The notes beneath the pieces are model-generated. The model did not search any database. It was not told the DNA's origin and saw nothing but the letters and a program-made list of their open reading frames with translations. A stretch of DNA of 63,889 nt, the filler included, from Octopus bimaculoides (lineage: Eukaryota), in the NCBI RefSeq assembly GCF_001194135.2. It is 4 parts of 4 records of this genome, joined end to end, with 100 filler letters (N's around TTAATTAATTAA, not from the genome) between each part and the next. Parts side by side here need not be neighbours in the genome. Positions count along the whole stretch, not along the records: positions 52,363 to 62,666 come from NC_068994.1; positions 62,767 to 63,889 come from NC_069000.1; 2 more parts are not named here. One strand, 5' to 3'. Shown in pieces: positions 61,558 to 63,889 of this stretch (position 1 is its first letter; every line of letters begins with the position of its first letter). The translations under genes were made by a program, and so were the position numbers.

Positions 61558-63830
61558 ATTGTAGATGAATCGAGAGAAGTAGAATGAAGGGAAAAATGAG
61601 GGGATGAGAGAGAGAGAGAGGAAGAGAAAGAGAGAGATGGGGGTGGGGGATGTGTGAGAAGTAAACAGAAATATGAAAAAGAAGAGAGATAAAAATGCAG
61701 AAACTGACTTGAAGATAAATATATATATATATATATATATATATTCTCATACTCAGAGGTTCAAATACATATGTTCCACAAATGAACACATCTTAATTTA
61801 TACAAAAATGAAACAAAACCATCTAAAAGTGCTCAATAAAATCAATTGAGATTTAAGGATTTCTGAGCTAAGACAAAACAAATGGTTTGAAAAGTCAGGA
61901 TTATCCTATTGATTAATCAATAAGATTAATCTTATTGATTTCATGATTAATGGAATTGTTCCTTGTTATGTGAAGCATTGAACTTGATTCTTGAGCAAAA
62001 TGATGCCGAAAGAGCTGCTTAAAGTTTACTGCAAGCTTAATACAACAACTGCTCGCTGTCTTGGAATGGTACGAATGGAACAATGAAGATTGTCAGGGTT
62101 TCTAAATCACCAAGTTTGGTTATATAATAGTGAAATTAAATTCTATGACACTTAAAGTCCTACACACATTGCACATACATATATACATACATACACACAC
62201 ATACACATATATAATTTGTGCATATGTATATATGTGTATATTGAGATTTACATGCATATTATATATATATACATATATATATATATNNNNNNNNNNNNNN
62301 NNNNNNNNNNNNNNNNNNNNNNNNNNNNNNNNNNNNNNNNNNNNNNNNNNNNNNNNNNNNNNNNNNNNNNNNNNNNNNNNNNNNNNATATATATATATAT
62401 ATATATATATATTACACATAGTGAGTGTGTATATACAATACAAATATTCATAATATATGTATATATGCAACATAAATATTATACATTGTCTAAGTATGTA
62501 TACAATACATATATTATACATAGTGTATGTAGATATATAATACATACACGTTGTATGTATATATTCAACATAATTATATATATAGATATTTGAATACATA
62601 TGTATGAGTGTGTGTGTATTTATACACACACACACACGTATATATACATACATATATATATATATANNNNNNNNNNNNNNNNNNNNNNNNNNNNNNNNNN
62701 NNNNNNNNNNTTAATTAATTAANNNNNNNNNNNNNNNNNNNNNNNNNNNNNNNNNNNNNNNNNNNNTATATATATATATATACATATATATATACATACA
62801 TGTATATATTTATACATATATACTTGTATACACACACACACATACGCAAGCACACTTATAAATAAAAAAAGCGATCGATTGAATAAGAACCAGGCTTAAA
62901 AATTAAGTACTGAGGCTGATTTGTGCTACTAAGACTTTCAATAGTTGTGAGGGCTCACCCGAATAAATTAGGAAGCAAAGGGGTCCATGGTTAAGAAATC
63001 GATTGAGATCTTTTCATCTAAACAGTTAATGAAGGGAACTATTATCGTCAGTTGGAAGCTTCGCACAAGAATTTGCAGAATAAGTGCCCATCATTGGTCA
63101 CTCGTAAAAGGATGCTACTCTCACACGATAATATTGGTTTCAAATTTTGGCACTAGGACAACAATTTCGGGGAAGGAGTTAAGCGGATTGCATCAACACC
63201 ATTGCTCAACTGGTGCTTATTTTATCAACCTCGGGAGGATCGAAGGTAAAACCAACTTCGGCAGAATTTGAACTCAAACCGTAAAGACGGACGAAGCGCC
63301 GGTAAGTATTTTGCCCGGTGTGTTAACGATTGCAACACTACATATTGCCCCATATACATATTCTCCAGACCTTCCTGCAACTGACTCGTCATTTTAGATT
63401 ATTGCAACATTTTTTGGAGGGTAGACATTTCTTAAAAACTGTGATGAGGTTAACAATAACATTGAGTGTTTGTAGGTGTATGGAATGCATTTGTTATTCA
63501 AAGGGCCGACATTTCTCCACACTATCATGCCGATGTTAGTGTGTATTCAGCTATTTACATATTAATTCGAAGACCTTCCCTCCCACACACTCTCACAGAA
63601 ACTCACGCAGAAACTGACACATGCAGTCGCACTCACACACACGCACACGCGCGCACACACATACACATACACGCACACACACCATAAATCTGCATTTCCC
63701 ATTTGTGCATACATTACTTTCATTTCATTCTTTTCTACGCGTACATATTTCCTTTATATATTACGCGTTCCTAAACTCGTGTTGTTATATATGCACGTGT
63801 GTATGTGTATGCATGATTTATATATATATA

Positions 63831-63889
<59 letters not shown>

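Overview
This is AT-rich, repeat-dense animal genomic DNA. The SINE repertoire, microsatellite load and gene sequence point to an octopus or other coleoid cephalopod, which is an inference and not a database match. The only host gene I can support is the 3' end of Slit on the + strand. It has four exons with GT-AG boundaries, all intron phase 1: 52783-53250 (end of an EGF repeat plus most of laminin G), 54788-54997 (end of LamG plus an EGF), 57424-57558 (a second, duplicated EGF) and 61028-61254 (C-terminal cystine knot and stop). I found no upstream Slit exons in 1-52262. Three artificial 100-bp spacers (44N-TTAATTAATTAA-44N) show that the window joins separate scaffolds. The rest is mobile DNA: a mariner interrupted by an internally deleted Tx1/L1-like LINE; RTE, CR1-like, R4-like and Penelope fragments; hAT and Tc1/mariner MITEs; and several tRNA-headed SINE families. 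The most interesting signal is a set of short non-coding repeats carrying Penelope-type minimal hammerhead ribozyme motifs. One has a complete catalytic core (21650-21694, - strand), one is the tail of a tRNA-headed SINE, and one lies just downstream of a Penelope GIY-YIG endonuclease remnant. All calls come from reading the sequence by eye; no searches or folding programs were run, and repeat boundaries are approximate.
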